This document shows positions 28,765-38,353 of a stretch of DNA of 64,000 nucleotides, piece by piece. The DNA is from an uncultured Muribaculaceae bacterium (GTDB lineage: Bacteria; Bacteroidota; Bacteroidia; Bacteroidales; UBA932), in contig CAYJFD010000004.1 in NCBI GenBank assembly GCA_964369605.1, positions 2,027 through 66,026 of the forward strand, given 5' to 3'. Position 1 is the stretch's first letter; each line of letters starts with the position of its first letter. The notes beneath the pieces are model-generated. The model was not told the DNA's origin and did no database searches. It was given only the letters and a program-made list of their open reading frames with translations. The translations under genes and the position numbers were made by a program.

Positions 28765-30120
28765 ATGTCAATTTTCATTTACAATGCTAAAATCGTAGAT
28801 CAAGGAAGTTCCTATTTGGCCAACTTACTAATCGAAAACAATATTATTTCCAAAATTATCACTGAAAATCTCTCTGATTATCAAAAGGATGCTTCAGGAG
28901 TTCAAGAGTTCATTGATGCGACAGGAAAAATTCTTATTCCTGGTGTTATAGATGATCAAGTACATTTTAGAGAGCCTGGTGCTACGCACAAAGGCAATAT
29001 CGAAACTGAAAGTGCAGCAGCCGTACTTGGAGGCGTATGCTCATTTATGGATATGCCGAATAATAATCCTCCTGTATGCACACTATCTTCTTTGGAAGAT
29101 AAATTTTCACTAGCTAAAGAATCATCGTATGCTAACTATTCATTTTATCTAGGAGCAAATAATGAGAATATAGATCAAATAAAGGCTGTTGACCCTAAGC
29201 GAGTATGCGGAGTTAAGGTATTTATGGGTTCATCTACAGGTAATATGCTCGTGGATAAGGGGGAGGCTCTTGAAAATATCTTTCAATACTCTCCTATCCT
29301 TATCGCAACACACTGCGAACAAGAAGAGCTTATCGTTGCAGCCTTGCAAGAAGCGAAGGATAAATACGGAGAAGATATCCCCTTTAGCGAACATCCTAAC
29401 ATTAGGAGCCGTCAAGCTTGCATTAAATCAAGTAGTTATGCACTCGAACTAGCCAAAAAGTACGGAACAAAACTACACTTACTTCACATTAGTACTAAAG
29501 AAGAGCTAGAAGCCATACAGGAGGCACGACTTAGCCATCCTAATATCAGTGGAGAGGTTTGCGTTCATTATCTATGGTTTAATGATAAAGACTACCAAAC
29601 AATGGGTAGTAAAGTAAAGTGTAATCCAGCTATTAAGTCTGAGGCTGATATGCAAGCTATAATCGAGGCGTGTAGTAAAAATCTAATCCAAGTGCTAGCT
29701 ACTGATCACGCTCCTCACCTTTTTAGTGAAAAACAAGAAGGATATTTATCAGCGCCATCAGGACTTCCACTTGTTCAACATTCTCTTAGAATGATGCTAG
29801 AGATTCACAGAAAAGGATTAATTAGTCTTGAGCAAGTTGTAAAACTTATGTGTAATTCACCTGCTGAAATTTTCAATATTGACAAGCGAGGTTTTATCAA
29901 AGAAGGTTATTATGCAGACTTAGTGATCTTGAAAGACATTGCGACTTCTCCTGAAGTCGTTAGTAAAGAAAATATAGCATATAAGTGCGAATGGTCTCCA
30001 CTCGAGGGGGAGAAACTAAGTTACGCTGTAGACTATACTATTATTAATGGAACAATAGTCGTAAAAGACTCTAAATTGACAGGCGAAAAAAACGCCAAAA
30101 GGTTAGAATTTAACAGATAA
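28765..30120 (+). CDS. pyrC: dihydroorotase (amidohydrolase superfamily)
   Basis: DDQVHFREPG metal-binding motif, ATDHAPH and cyclic amidohydrolase length. Confidence 0.8.
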   Translation: MSIFIYNAKIVDQGSSYLANLLIENNIISKIITENLSDYQKDASGVQEFIDATGKILIPGVIDDQVHFREPGATHKGNIETESAAAVLGGVCSFMDMPNNNPPVCTLSSLEDKFSLAKESSYANYSFYLGANNENIDQIKAVDPKRVCGVKVFMGSSTGNMLVDKGEALENIFQYSPILIATHCEQEELIVAALQEAKDKYGEDIPFSEHPNIRSRQACIKSSSYALELAKKYGTKLHLLHISTKEELEAIQEARLSHPNISGEVCVHYLWFNDKDYQTMGSKVKCNPAIKSEADMQAIIEACSKNLIQVLATDHAPHLFSEKQEGYLSAPSGLPLVQHSLRMMLEIHRKGLISLEQVVKLMCNSPAEIFNIDKRGFIKEGYYADLVILKDIATSPEVVSKENIAYKCEWSPLEGEKLSYAVDYTIINGTIVVKDSKLTGEKNAKRLEFNR

Positions 30121-30123
30121 CAA

Positions 30124-31029
30124 ATGAAAAATTTAGGATCAAGATATTTATATATATCTATTGCCGTTACCATGTGGGGATTTTCCTTTCTATGGACAAA
30201 TCAATTAATTGAATTAGGAATACCTGTTACTACATTTCTATTCTTTAGGATGTTAATTGCGGCAACGATACTATTAATCGTCACTAACGTTACAAAGAAA
30301 CTACAACGAATAGAGTTTAAAGATTTTAAATATCTTGTCCCCCTACTTATTTGTGATCCTTTTTTATATTTTCTTGGAGAGACATACGGACTGGAGGTGA
30401 CTCAGTCTCCTATACTTACAGCTGTGGTAATAGCTACGATACCTGCCTTTGTAATGCTCTCAGAAATGATATTCTTTAAAAATCGCTTAAATATTTGGAA
30501 TAAGCTCGGAGTGATTCTTAGCATTATAGGTATTATTAATTTTGTGCTGATAAAAGGTAGTTTTAGCGTGGAATATTGGTGGGGAATAGGTTTATTGTTT
30601 ATGGCAGTAATTAGTGCAGTTGTCTACAGTAGTATGGCAAAACAACTAACAAGAAAATACAACACCCAGACTGTAAATACCTATCAGTTTGTCTCAGCTA
30701 CTATATTTTTCTTTCCTATATTCTTGATAAAGGACGCTAAAACATTCTCTTTTGAATCAATATTACAGTTTGATGTCCTTTATCCTTTGATTTCACTAGC
30801 AGTACTTTGCTCAGCACTAGCATTCTTCTTATATGTTGAATCAATCAAAGCACTTGGAATGACTAGAGCTTGCATTTTTACATCTCTTACACCTATTATT
30901 TCGTCTGGAGCTGCTATGCTTATGGGAGTCGAGCAGATATCGCTTATACAGTTTGTAAGTATACTACTAGTGGTAGCAGGGGTAATTATCACCCAAAGAA
31001 AAGTTAATAAAAAAACTAATTCGATATAA
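30124..31029 (+). CDS. DMT-superfamily (EamA-like) transporter
   Basis: About 300 aa, 10 hydrophobic segments in two EamA-like halves. Confidence 0.85.
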   Translation: MKNLGSRYLYISIAVTMWGFSFLWTNQLIELGIPVTTFLFFRMLIAATILLIVTNVTKKLQRIEFKDFKYLVPLLICDPFLYFLGETYGLEVTQSPILTAVVIATIPAFVMLSEMIFFKNRLNIWNKLGVILSIIGIINFVLIKGSFSVEYWWGIGLLFMAVISAVVYSSMAKQLTRKYNTQTVNTYQFVSATIFFFPIFLIKDAKTFSFESILQFDVLYPLISLAVLCSALAFFLYVESIKALGMTRACIFTSLTPIISSGAAMLMGVEQISLIQFVSILLVVAGVIITQRKVNKKTNSI

Positions 31030-33160
31030 GTTTCAAGCCTATTCGCTGGCGCTTAATATCTAGGTCTATTACCTTTACCTTTACGTGTTGATTTATCTTT
31101 ACGACCGTCATAGGATCGCTTACAAATTCATCTGAAAGTTGTGATATATGGATTAACCCTTTTTGCTTAATTCCTAGATCGACAAAGGCTCCAAAGTTTG
31201 TAATATTATTAATTATTCCCCCTAGCTCCATTGATACTTGTAGGTCCTCAATAGTTCTAATCTCATCTGAGAATTCAAAAACCTTTATTTGAGATCTAGG
31301 ATCTCTTCCTGGTTTTGAAAGTTCCTGAATTATATCCTCAAGTGTAACCATTCCCACATCACCAGAAGTATAATCTGATAGATTAATAGCCGATCGAAGC
31401 TGTGAATCAGATATCAACATATCAACCTTTACATTTTTATCCTTTGCCATCTGCTCTACTATCGAATATGACTCTGGGTGCACAGCTGTATTGTCAAGAG
31501 GATTTGTTGAGTCAGGAATTCTCAAGAAGCCCGCACACTGTTCAAAAACCTTCTCTCCTAATCTTTTTACTTTTAATAAGTCCTTTCGTCTTTTGAAAGG
31601 TCCATTTTCATTTCTGTATTCTATTATATTTTCTGCTAATGTAGGACCTATCCCTGAGACATAGCTAAGTAGGTAGGCACTAGCAGTATTAAGATTGACC
31701 CCTACTGTATTAACGCAGCTCTCTACAACATTATCTAGGTTTTGTTTAAGAAGAACTTGGTCAACATCATGTTGATACTGCCCCACTCCTATCGACTTAG
31801 GATCTATTTTTACTAGCTCTGCTAGTGGATCCATAATTCGCCTTCCTATAGATACAGCACCACGCACTGTGACATCGTAATCTGGAAATTCTTTTCGTGC
31901 TATAGCAGAAGCAGAATAGACTGATGCTCCATCCTCGCTTACCGAATATACTTTTAAGCCTGCTGGCAAAGCCATTCTCTTTATAAAGGCCTCTGTCTCT
32001 CTTCCAGCTGTTCCATTACCGATAGCTACTATCTCTATATTATAGACCTCTATCATATTTGAGATCTTTTTCATAGCCATTGTTCTTTCATTTGCAGGAG
32101 GGTGAGGATATATAGTATCATTATGTAATAAGGCTCCTTGCGAGTCTAAACAAACTACTTTACATCCCGTTCTAAACCCTGGATCTATGGCTAATACCCT
32201 TCGTCCGCCTAATGGTGGAGCCATTAATAGTTGACGTAGGTTTTCACCAAAAAGTCTGATGGATTGTATATCAGCTTTTTCTTTTATAGTATTTAATACC
32301 TCCTTTTGAATAGAAGGAAATATCAGGCGTTTATATGCGTCCTCTGAACATCCTTTAAATATCGTAACTAAGTCTCTAGATTTAGCTAGATTTCTAAAAT
32401 TTTCGTAATATATATTATCTATATAGCGCTGATCATCAGCGTCTATTCCAACAGATAGCACTCCACTGCTTTCTCCACGAAGAACTGCAAGTGTCCTATG
32501 TGCTGCGACCTTATATATTGGCTCTTGATACTTGAAATAATTTTTATATAACTGAGCCTCTTCAGACTCAGGATCCTTACCCCTTGCTATCTTGGAGTTT
32601 AATGAGCCGTATTTTAATATCTGAGTTCTAAGTGCGACCCTTATCGAGGATATTTCTGATATTTTTTCTGCGATGATATCCTTTGCACCCGATATTGCTT
32701 CTTGCACTGTTTCAACATCATTATTTAAATATCCTTGTGCTAACTGATATGGATTCATTGCTGATCCGCTATAAATTGCTTCTGCTAGTGGCTGCAAGCC
32801 CTTTTCTTTAGCAATAGTTGCTCTTGTTCTACGCTTTGGCTTGTAGGGCAAGTACAAGTCCTCTAATTCTTGAGCATCTAAGGTATTAGTTATTTGTGTT
32901 TTGAGATCTGGAGTAAGGGCGCCCTGAAGATCAATTGTTTGTAATATAGTTTGCTTTCTCTCTTCTAAAGTATTAAATTTCTGATAATTATATTTAATCT
33001 CAGCTATTTGAGATTCATCTAAATTACCTGTTCTTTCCTTACGATATCTTGAGATAAATGGGATCGTTGAGCCCTGCTCTAATAATTCGATACAATGTTC
33101 TACTTGCCATTCCTTCAAAGACAAGCTTTGAGAAATATTCTTTACATATAGCTTATTCAT
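31016..33160 (-). CDS. tex: Tex-like transcription accessory protein (YqgF + HhH + S1 domains)
   Basis: N-terminal TIPFISRYRKE, central LAIDPGFRTGCK (YqgF-like) and C-terminal S1 domain (FGAFVDLGIKQKGLIHISQL). Confidence 0.9.
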   Translation of the reverse strand: MNKLYVKNISQSLSLKEWQVEHCIELLEQGSTIPFISRYRKERTGNLDESQIAEIKYNYQKFNTLEERKQTILQTIDLQGALTPDLKTQITNTLDAQELEDLYLPYKPKRRTRATIAKEKGLQPLAEAIYSGSAMNPYQLAQGYLNNDVETVQEAISGAKDIIAEKISEISSIRVALRTQILKYGSLNSKIARGKDPESEEAQLYKNYFKYQEPIYKVAAHRTLAVLRGESSGVLSVGIDADDQRYIDNIYYENFRNLAKSRDLVTIFKGCSEDAYKRLIFPSIQKEVLNTIKEKADIQSIRLFGENLRQLLMAPPLGGRRVLAIDPGFRTGCKVVCLDSQGALLHNDTIYPHPPANERTMAMKKISNMIEVYNIEIVAIGNGTAGRETEAFIKRMALPAGLKVYSVSEDGASVYSASAIARKEFPDYDVTVRGAVSIGRRIMDPLAELVKIDPKSIGVGQYQHDVDQVLLKQNLDNVVESCVNTVGVNLNTASAYLLSYVSGIGPTLAENIIEYRNENGPFKRRKDLLKVKRLGEKVFEQCAGFLRIPDSTNPLDNTAVHPESYSIVEQMAKDKNVKVDMLISDSQLRSAINLSDYTSGDVGMVTLEDIIQELSKPGRDPRSQIKVFEFSDEIRTIEDLQVSMELGGIINNITNFGAFVDLGIKQKGLIHISQLSDEFVSDPMTVVKINQHVKVKVIDLDIKRQRIGLKLISN

Positions 33161-33163
33161 AGT

Positions 33164-34972
33164 TTACCCGTGAGACACTTCCTTTAATTGGTCTCTATAA
33201 GATGAGAAAATTTTAGATTTTGAAACAAAGCCTAAGTACTTCATATCTTTATTCAAAACTGGCAAATTCCAAGCTGAGGTACTCTCAAACTTCTTCATTA
33301 CCTCTTCCATTCTATCATCTTCATAAACCGTATCTGGAGCATCTTTCATTATATTGTACACATATAAGGCTTCATATAGGTCTTGGTTGAACATATATGG
33401 CCTAATATCATCTAATGATATATATCCTTGAAAATATCCATTATCGTCGATTACAGGAAATAGATTACGTTTTGATAAGGCTACTTTTTTCACCATTTCT
33501 CCTAAGGAATCTTCTGCACTTATTTCGATAAAGTCCTTCTCTACAAACGAATTTACTTTCAACAAGGTGAGTACTGCCTTATCACTGTCGTGCGTGAGAA
33601 GTTCTCCTGACTTAGCTATTCGTTTTGTATAAATAGAGTATGGTTCAAGACCTCTAATTGTTGCAAAGGAGATAGTAGAAGTTATGATTAGAGGAATTAG
33701 TAACTCATATCCTCCAGTAATTTCGGCGATTAGGAATATTGCTGTCATAGGGGCCTGCATTACACCTGCCATAAGCCCTGCCATACCTACTAATACATAG
33801 TTAGTTTCTGGAAGCGTATGAAAGCCTAATATATTGATTACTCTAGCTAAAACAAATCCTGCTATACCTCCAAGTATTAAGGTAGGACCGAATGTGCCAC
33901 CAACTCCACCTCCAGCATTAGTAAATGAAGTGGCGAACACCTTGAATATTATTACTAGGAAGAAAAAAATAGGTACGAACCATTCCCAAGCAAATAAATT
34001 CCCAAAGATAGTGTCATCTAAACCAGCTAAAGGATTATGATTTAATAAGTTTCCTAGAGAATTAAAACCTTCCCCGTAAAGAGGAGGAAAGATAAATATC
34101 AGAACACCTAAAAATAGTGCTGATATTAACCATCGTTTATAAGGATTAATGATCTTTTTAATACTATCTTCAAGCCTTAGTGTCATCCTTGTAAAATAGA
34201 GGGAGACAAAAGCACAGAATATTCCCAATAGTATATAGTAAGGCAAATTTGACATAGAAAAACTGACTATATCATTTGCTAGTGCTACTTCATTTCCCAG
34301 CATAAAATAAGAAACTACTGTTGCTGTTACTGAGGCCACTAATAAAGGTAGTATAGAGGTCATAGAGATATTTAGCAACAATATCTCCAATGTAAATAAA
34401 ATACCTGCTAATGGAGCCTTAAATATACCTGCGACTGCGCTTGCAGCGCCACAAGCTAGCAAGATAGTTATATGCTTATATGATAAACCTAGAGCTCGTC
34501 CTATGTTTGAACCTATAGCTGAGCCTGTATAGACTATTGGCGCCTCCGCTCCTACAGAACCTCCAAAGCCTATTGTTATAGAACTACTTAGTACAGACGA
34601 CCAAGTATTATGTGATTTTATTTTGGAATTATTCTTTGAGATAGATTTTAATACCTTTGTCACACCATGACCTATATCATCGCGAATGATATACCTGACA
34701 ATCAACATTGTCAATAACATACCTACTCCTGGATAGACTAGGTATAATATATTATCAGATGTGGAATCAAACCAACTAATTAACGTTCCTGATATTAGAT
34801 AGACTAATTTTTTTAAGATAACTGCAGCTAATCCACTTCCTAGACCTACTATAAAAGCTAGAATTAACAGCATTCTCCCTTCTGGCAATCCTTTTAGAAA
34901 AAGGACAGCCTTAGTAAAACTTCGTTTAAGTGCTTTAATTATATTACTATCTGCTTCCAAATTATTCGTCAT
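33164..34972 (-). CDS. ClC-family chloride channel/antiporter with C-terminal CBS pair
   Basis: GSGLAAV, GFGGSVGAEAPIV and GVMQAPMTA motifs, followed by two CBS-like repeats. Confidence 0.9.
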   Translation of the reverse strand: MTNNLEADSNIIKALKRSFTKAVLFLKGLPEGRMLLILAFIVGLGSGLAAVILKKLVYLISGTLISWFDSTSDNILYLVYPGVGMLLTMLIVRYIIRDDIGHGVTKVLKSISKNNSKIKSHNTWSSVLSSSITIGFGGSVGAEAPIVYTGSAIGSNIGRALGLSYKHITILLACGAASAVAGIFKAPLAGILFTLEILLLNISMTSILPLLVASVTATVVSYFMLGNEVALANDIVSFSMSNLPYYILLGIFCAFVSLYFTRMTLRLEDSIKKIINPYKRWLISALFLGVLIFIFPPLYGEGFNSLGNLLNHNPLAGLDDTIFGNLFAWEWFVPIFFFLVIIFKVFATSFTNAGGGVGGTFGPTLILGGIAGFVLARVINILGFHTLPETNYVLVGMAGLMAGVMQAPMTAIFLIAEITGGYELLIPLIITSTISFATIRGLEPYSIYTKRIAKSGELLTHDSDKAVLTLLKVNSFVEKDFIEISAEDSLGEMVKKVALSKRNLFPVIDDNGYFQGYISLDDIRPYMFNQDLYEALYVYNIMKDAPDTVYEDDRMEEVMKKFESTSAWNLPVLNKDMKYLGFVSKSKIFSSYRDQLKEVSHG

Positions 34973-35291
34973 CTTCTGAGCTCATCTCTGTGACCTCATT
35001 TTCGATAGGATTCTCTTCTTGTTCATCTAATTCATCATTCTCAAAGAAATCCTTTTCGATATCCTTATAGCTATCAACCTTAACATTCATCTTAACAAGA
35101 TAAATTGCATCTTCTGACTCCAACGATATAGCATGAAAGGAAGTACCGTCAGGCTTATCTACAGTAAATAAATCTATCATATAATCAGAATAACCACGTG
35201 GGTATTTCTGGTTAAATTCAGTTTTTAAATCTTCAGTTAGATTTTCAAATTTAATTGCAATTCTTCTCTTTGGTACTCGATTATTTGTCAT
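34962..35291 (-). CDS. small acidic protein of unknown function
   Basis: 109 aa with a basic N-terminus and a strongly acidic tail (DELDEQEENPIENEVTEMSSEDDE). Its 3' end overlaps the ClC start by 11 nt. Confidence 0.55.
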   Translation of the reverse strand: MTNNRVPKRRIAIKFENLTEDLKTEFNQKYPRGYSDYMIDLFTVDKPDGTSFHAISLESEDAIYLVKMNVKVDSYKDIEKDFFENDELDEQEENPIENEVTEMSSEDDE

Positions 35292-35336
35292 TGGCTTGAT
35301 TATTTCTAAATATTATTCTAATGCAATATTAGTTGA

Positions 35337-35372
35337 TTTTTTTTAAACGAAAAAAAAAAAAATAGTTTTTTT
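35337..35372. repeat. homopolymer cluster T8-aaacg-A13-tag-T7
   Basis: Read directly: T run 35337-35344, A run 35350-35362, T run 35366-35372. Lies between the glycosyltransferase stop and the acidic-protein start. Confidence 0.9.
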
Positions 35373-36474
35373 ATTGTTTAATCAGATTAGTATATAATTC
35401 CAACATTTTGTCAACACACTTCTCCCACTGATACAGGAATTTAACCTTTTCTCTGCCTGCTCTTGCATATTTTTGAGCCAGTTCATAATTTTTCAATAAA
35501 TATTCTATTGCACTCGCTGTATCATCCGGATTTTGTCTAGAAACGATACAACCATTTATTCCGTCATCAACTATTTCACAGAATCCTTCGGCATCTGAAA
35601 CTACAATTGGGCATTCACAGGACATAGCTTCGATAGCAGAGACTCCAAAACTCTCAGCGTTTGAGAGGAATACTGCAACTGAGAAACGATCATAATATTT
35701 TGGCAATTCATGATTCGGAATAAAACCAACAAAAGTGACTCTGTCTTCTAGCTCAAGTTCTCTGACTAATTGTTCTAACTCTTCCCTTTGTGGGCCTCTA
35801 CCAAGTATCTCTAAATATAATTTTTTAGTTTCATTTCTATCACATAGAATCTTAAAGGCCTTTATTAAAACATCTACTCCATATCTCGGAGCTAATGTCT
35901 TCACATTCCCTATTACACAAGTAGATAAATCTCGCTCTTTATTTAATTTCCTAAACCTCTCCGTATCTATACCAAAGGGAAGTATTTCAATGTATTTATT
36001 CGTGTACTTTGACAACTCCTTCGCCATACAATTACTTGTTGACAGAAGCATATTTGCTCTTTTTAATAATAACCTAAGAGCCATCGATTTGAACCATGAT
36101 TCTTTAGGAAACTCATAAACATCCGTTCCCCAAGCTGACAGGACTAAAGGCTTAAAGCCTGATAAGGCAGCTAAATATGTATTACTTGTTAAATAATGAG
36201 CATGGAGGATGTCTGGATTTAATCGTTTAATTAATGACCTTAAATATACTAGAGCCTTAATATGAGCCTTTAAAGGTTCTATTATTGAAGATTTACTTGA
36301 TTTATAATAGAATAAATCGAAGTTAAATAATTCGACTCCATTCTCGAGATAAAAATCATCTTCAGTATAGGGAAACATTGTAAGTAAAAAGACTTTAAGG
36401 CCTCTTGCACTAAGTGCAGAGGCCCATCTTTTCGTATGTACGTTAGTAGCGTCAGATACTAATAATAGCTTCAT
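35371..36474 (-). CDS. family 4 (GT-B) glycosyltransferase
   Basis: C-terminal ESFGVSAIEAMSCECPIVVSD motif (EX7E-type). Confidence 0.85.
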   Translation of the reverse strand: MKLLLVSDATNVHTKRWASALSARGLKVFLLTMFPYTEDDFYLENGVELFNFDLFYYKSSKSSIIEPLKAHIKALVYLRSLIKRLNPDILHAHYLTSNTYLAALSGFKPLVLSAWGTDVYEFPKESWFKSMALRLLLKRANMLLSTSNCMAKELSKYTNKYIEILPFGIDTERFRKLNKERDLSTCVIGNVKTLAPRYGVDVLIKAFKILCDRNETKKLYLEILGRGPQREELEQLVRELELEDRVTFVGFIPNHELPKYYDRFSVAVFLSNAESFGVSAIEAMSCECPIVVSDAEGFCEIVDDGINGCIVSRQNPDDTASAIEYLLKNYELAQKYARAGREKVKFLYQWEKCVDKMLELYTNLIKQ

Positions 36475-36495
36475 TTTACCTTATCACAAATAAAT

Positions 36496-37989
36496 TTAAT
36501 CAACATTTGCACGTAAGAACTCATTCCACTTTGTGGCTTTATCAAATTTTGATTCCTCGTAGCCTTCTGCAAAACCTTGTTTAACGTATGCATTGTTTCG
36601 ACTCCATTGAATACCAAAGGTGAATCCATCTTCATTTGACAAGTACTCACTATAGTGATCCGATTTTGAGATTATACAAAATTCATCTATCGCTTTTAAT
36701 AAATTACTATAGGCCCTATTAAATGCCATATCGCCTGTAGCATCTGATATTCTTTTGAAAGCATCGACTACATCAGTACTAGAGAAGTAATCCGAATTCT
36801 CATAGTCTGAGCCATCAAAGTAATACATTAGCTTTTGTGCATTTACTGCTTTTTGATAAATACTTTGAGATTCACTGTCATTTTTTAACTGTAAAAATCT
36901 CTCTTTGAATTGAATAATAGGGTCATACAATTGATTTATCTTTGAAGGATCTACAAAATTTATGTCAATTGGCGACTTATAAAAGCCTAGATCTTTATTC
37001 CAAAATGATATTACCTCCTCGCAATACTCTATCATAGCTGCCTTAGTGTCTTCTTTAGAATCTAGAATTCTTAGCAAATCATAATAATCTCCTCCAACAC
37101 CTGGTACTAAATTTGAAGAAGACAACACATAGTTCGTTATCCCATCTAATTCATTAATAAACTCCAACATAGAGAATAAGCAGATATCCGGATAGACTAT
37201 ATCCATTTTAACACCTGAATTCTTGATACCTTCTGCTAAGCTATAAATAGATAGTGCTGTGTTAGTATTATCATCAAATATCATTGCATTTTGGGGTTTA
37301 TCATACTCTGAATCCCACTCGCTTCCATGATTTGTTGTAATAAAAATGTACTTCTTTGCAGGATAGAGCTCCATTGACTCTTTAATGAAATTTGTAACAT
37401 TCTCTGGAAGTGACATATCAAATTTCTTATCTGCATAGTTTGTTTCTACAAACTCGTTTCCTTGTAAATCATAGAAAATAGTATTTGGTTTACTACTTAC
37501 ATGCTTAGAATATTTCAATAATGCTGTCATCTTCACCTTATCGGTGGATCCATGTTCGGCTGCATTCTTTAGGTTATCCATAATAAATTGGTCTAGATTA
37601 CCTCCTGCACATCCGTATAACATTAATGTATACTCAGATTGTTTTACTGGCGCAAGAGGCTCTTCTACAACTATCTGGCACTCTGCTTTCTGGCCTAATG
37701 CTGATACTGTAATTTTTGCGTTTCCAGGAGCTAGCGCCTCAATTGCTCCTGAATTATTTACACTGACTATATTTGGCGCAGAACTAGACCAAGTCAATAC
37801 AAGCTCCAAATTCATTGGTGAACATTGAGCAAACAGCTGCATTCTCTCACCTACTTCCATCTCAGCTGAGGCTATATTTAAAGTTATCTCTTCTAATATG
37901 TAGAGAGGAGAAGGTGATAGATCTTTTTGACACGAGATAAAGTTTAGAATCCCTACCACTAGCAGGATTTTAGATATTATAAATTTCAT
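36496..37989 (-). CDS. lipoprotein peptidase, clostripain (C11) family, with N-terminal Big_2 domain
   Basis: Lipobox NFISC and a Big_2-like segment (LTWSSSAPNIVSVNNSGAIEALAPGNAKITV). C11-like blocks YTLMLYGCAGGNL, TTNHGSEW (His) and PDICLFSMLE (Cys). Confidence 0.75.
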   Translation of the reverse strand: MKFIISKILLVVGILNFISCQKDLSPSPLYILEEITLNIASAEMEVGERMQLFAQCSPMNLELVLTWSSSAPNIVSVNNSGAIEALAPGNAKITVSALGQKAECQIVVEEPLAPVKQSEYTLMLYGCAGGNLDQFIMDNLKNAAEHGSTDKVKMTALLKYSKHVSSKPNTIFYDLQGNEFVETNYADKKFDMSLPENVTNFIKESMELYPAKKYIFITTNHGSEWDSEYDKPQNAMIFDDNTNTALSIYSLAEGIKNSGVKMDIVYPDICLFSMLEFINELDGITNYVLSSSNLVPGVGGDYYDLLRILDSKEDTKAAMIEYCEEVISFWNKDLGFYKSPIDINFVDPSKINQLYDPIIQFKERFLQLKNDSESQSIYQKAVNAQKLMYYFDGSDYENSDYFSSTDVVDAFKRISDATGDMAFNRAYSNLLKAIDEFCIISKSDHYSEYLSNEDGFTFGIQWSRNNAYVKQGFAEGYEESKFDKATKWNEFLRANVD

Positions 37990-38014
37990 TAGATTTGTTA
38001 TTTAAAATTTACAG

Positions 38015-38067
38015 CGAAAAAATATCCGCCATTACACTCATACAAATATAAGAGAATAATGGCGGAT
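38015..38067 (-). terminator. intrinsic terminator 25 nt upstream of the C11 peptidase start
   Basis: Minus strand: 11-bp stem atccgccatta / taatggcggat (38067-38057 and 38034-38024), 22-nt loop, then AUUUUUUCG tail (38023-38015). Confidence 0.6.
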
Positions 38068-38184
38068 ACAACAATAAAAACAATTCTAAATTACTATATA
38101 TTCTATAAGTAGATAATTTTAAGTTTAATTTTATTAGTACACTTACTAATTGAAGTTTAAAAAAAACTATATTAATGCTTATGC

Positions 38185-38298
38185 ACTACATATCAGTTTT
38201 CTTTACTACAAATTTACTTCTTAGGTATATTTTTCACCAATATTGAACGCTACAATATTTCTACATCGATATTTATATAGTACTACATTATGACTACA
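38185..38298. repeat. six phased direct copies of (A)CTACA
   Basis: CTACA starts on the plus strand at 38186, 38206, 38250, 38261, 38283 and 38294. Spacings are 20, 44, 11, 22 and 11 bp. Confidence 0.85.
38209..38241 (-). promoter_or_regulatory. candidate sigma-A promoter inside the regulator-peptidase spacer
   Basis: Minus strand: -33 ATTG (38241-38238), 21-nt spacer, -7 TAAATTTG (38216-38209). Confidence 0.4.
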
Positions 38299-38353
38299 CA
38301 CGAAATTAAGACGCTTAGAATAAACATCTTACATTATATTGTTTTATTATAAC

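Noticed and set aside
37990-38353. Possibility that the 364-bp spacer is an invertible promoter (inverton) or a remnant mobile element.
   Set aside because: I looked for inverted repeats flanking the segment and found none beyond the terminator hairpin. No recombinase gene is nearby.
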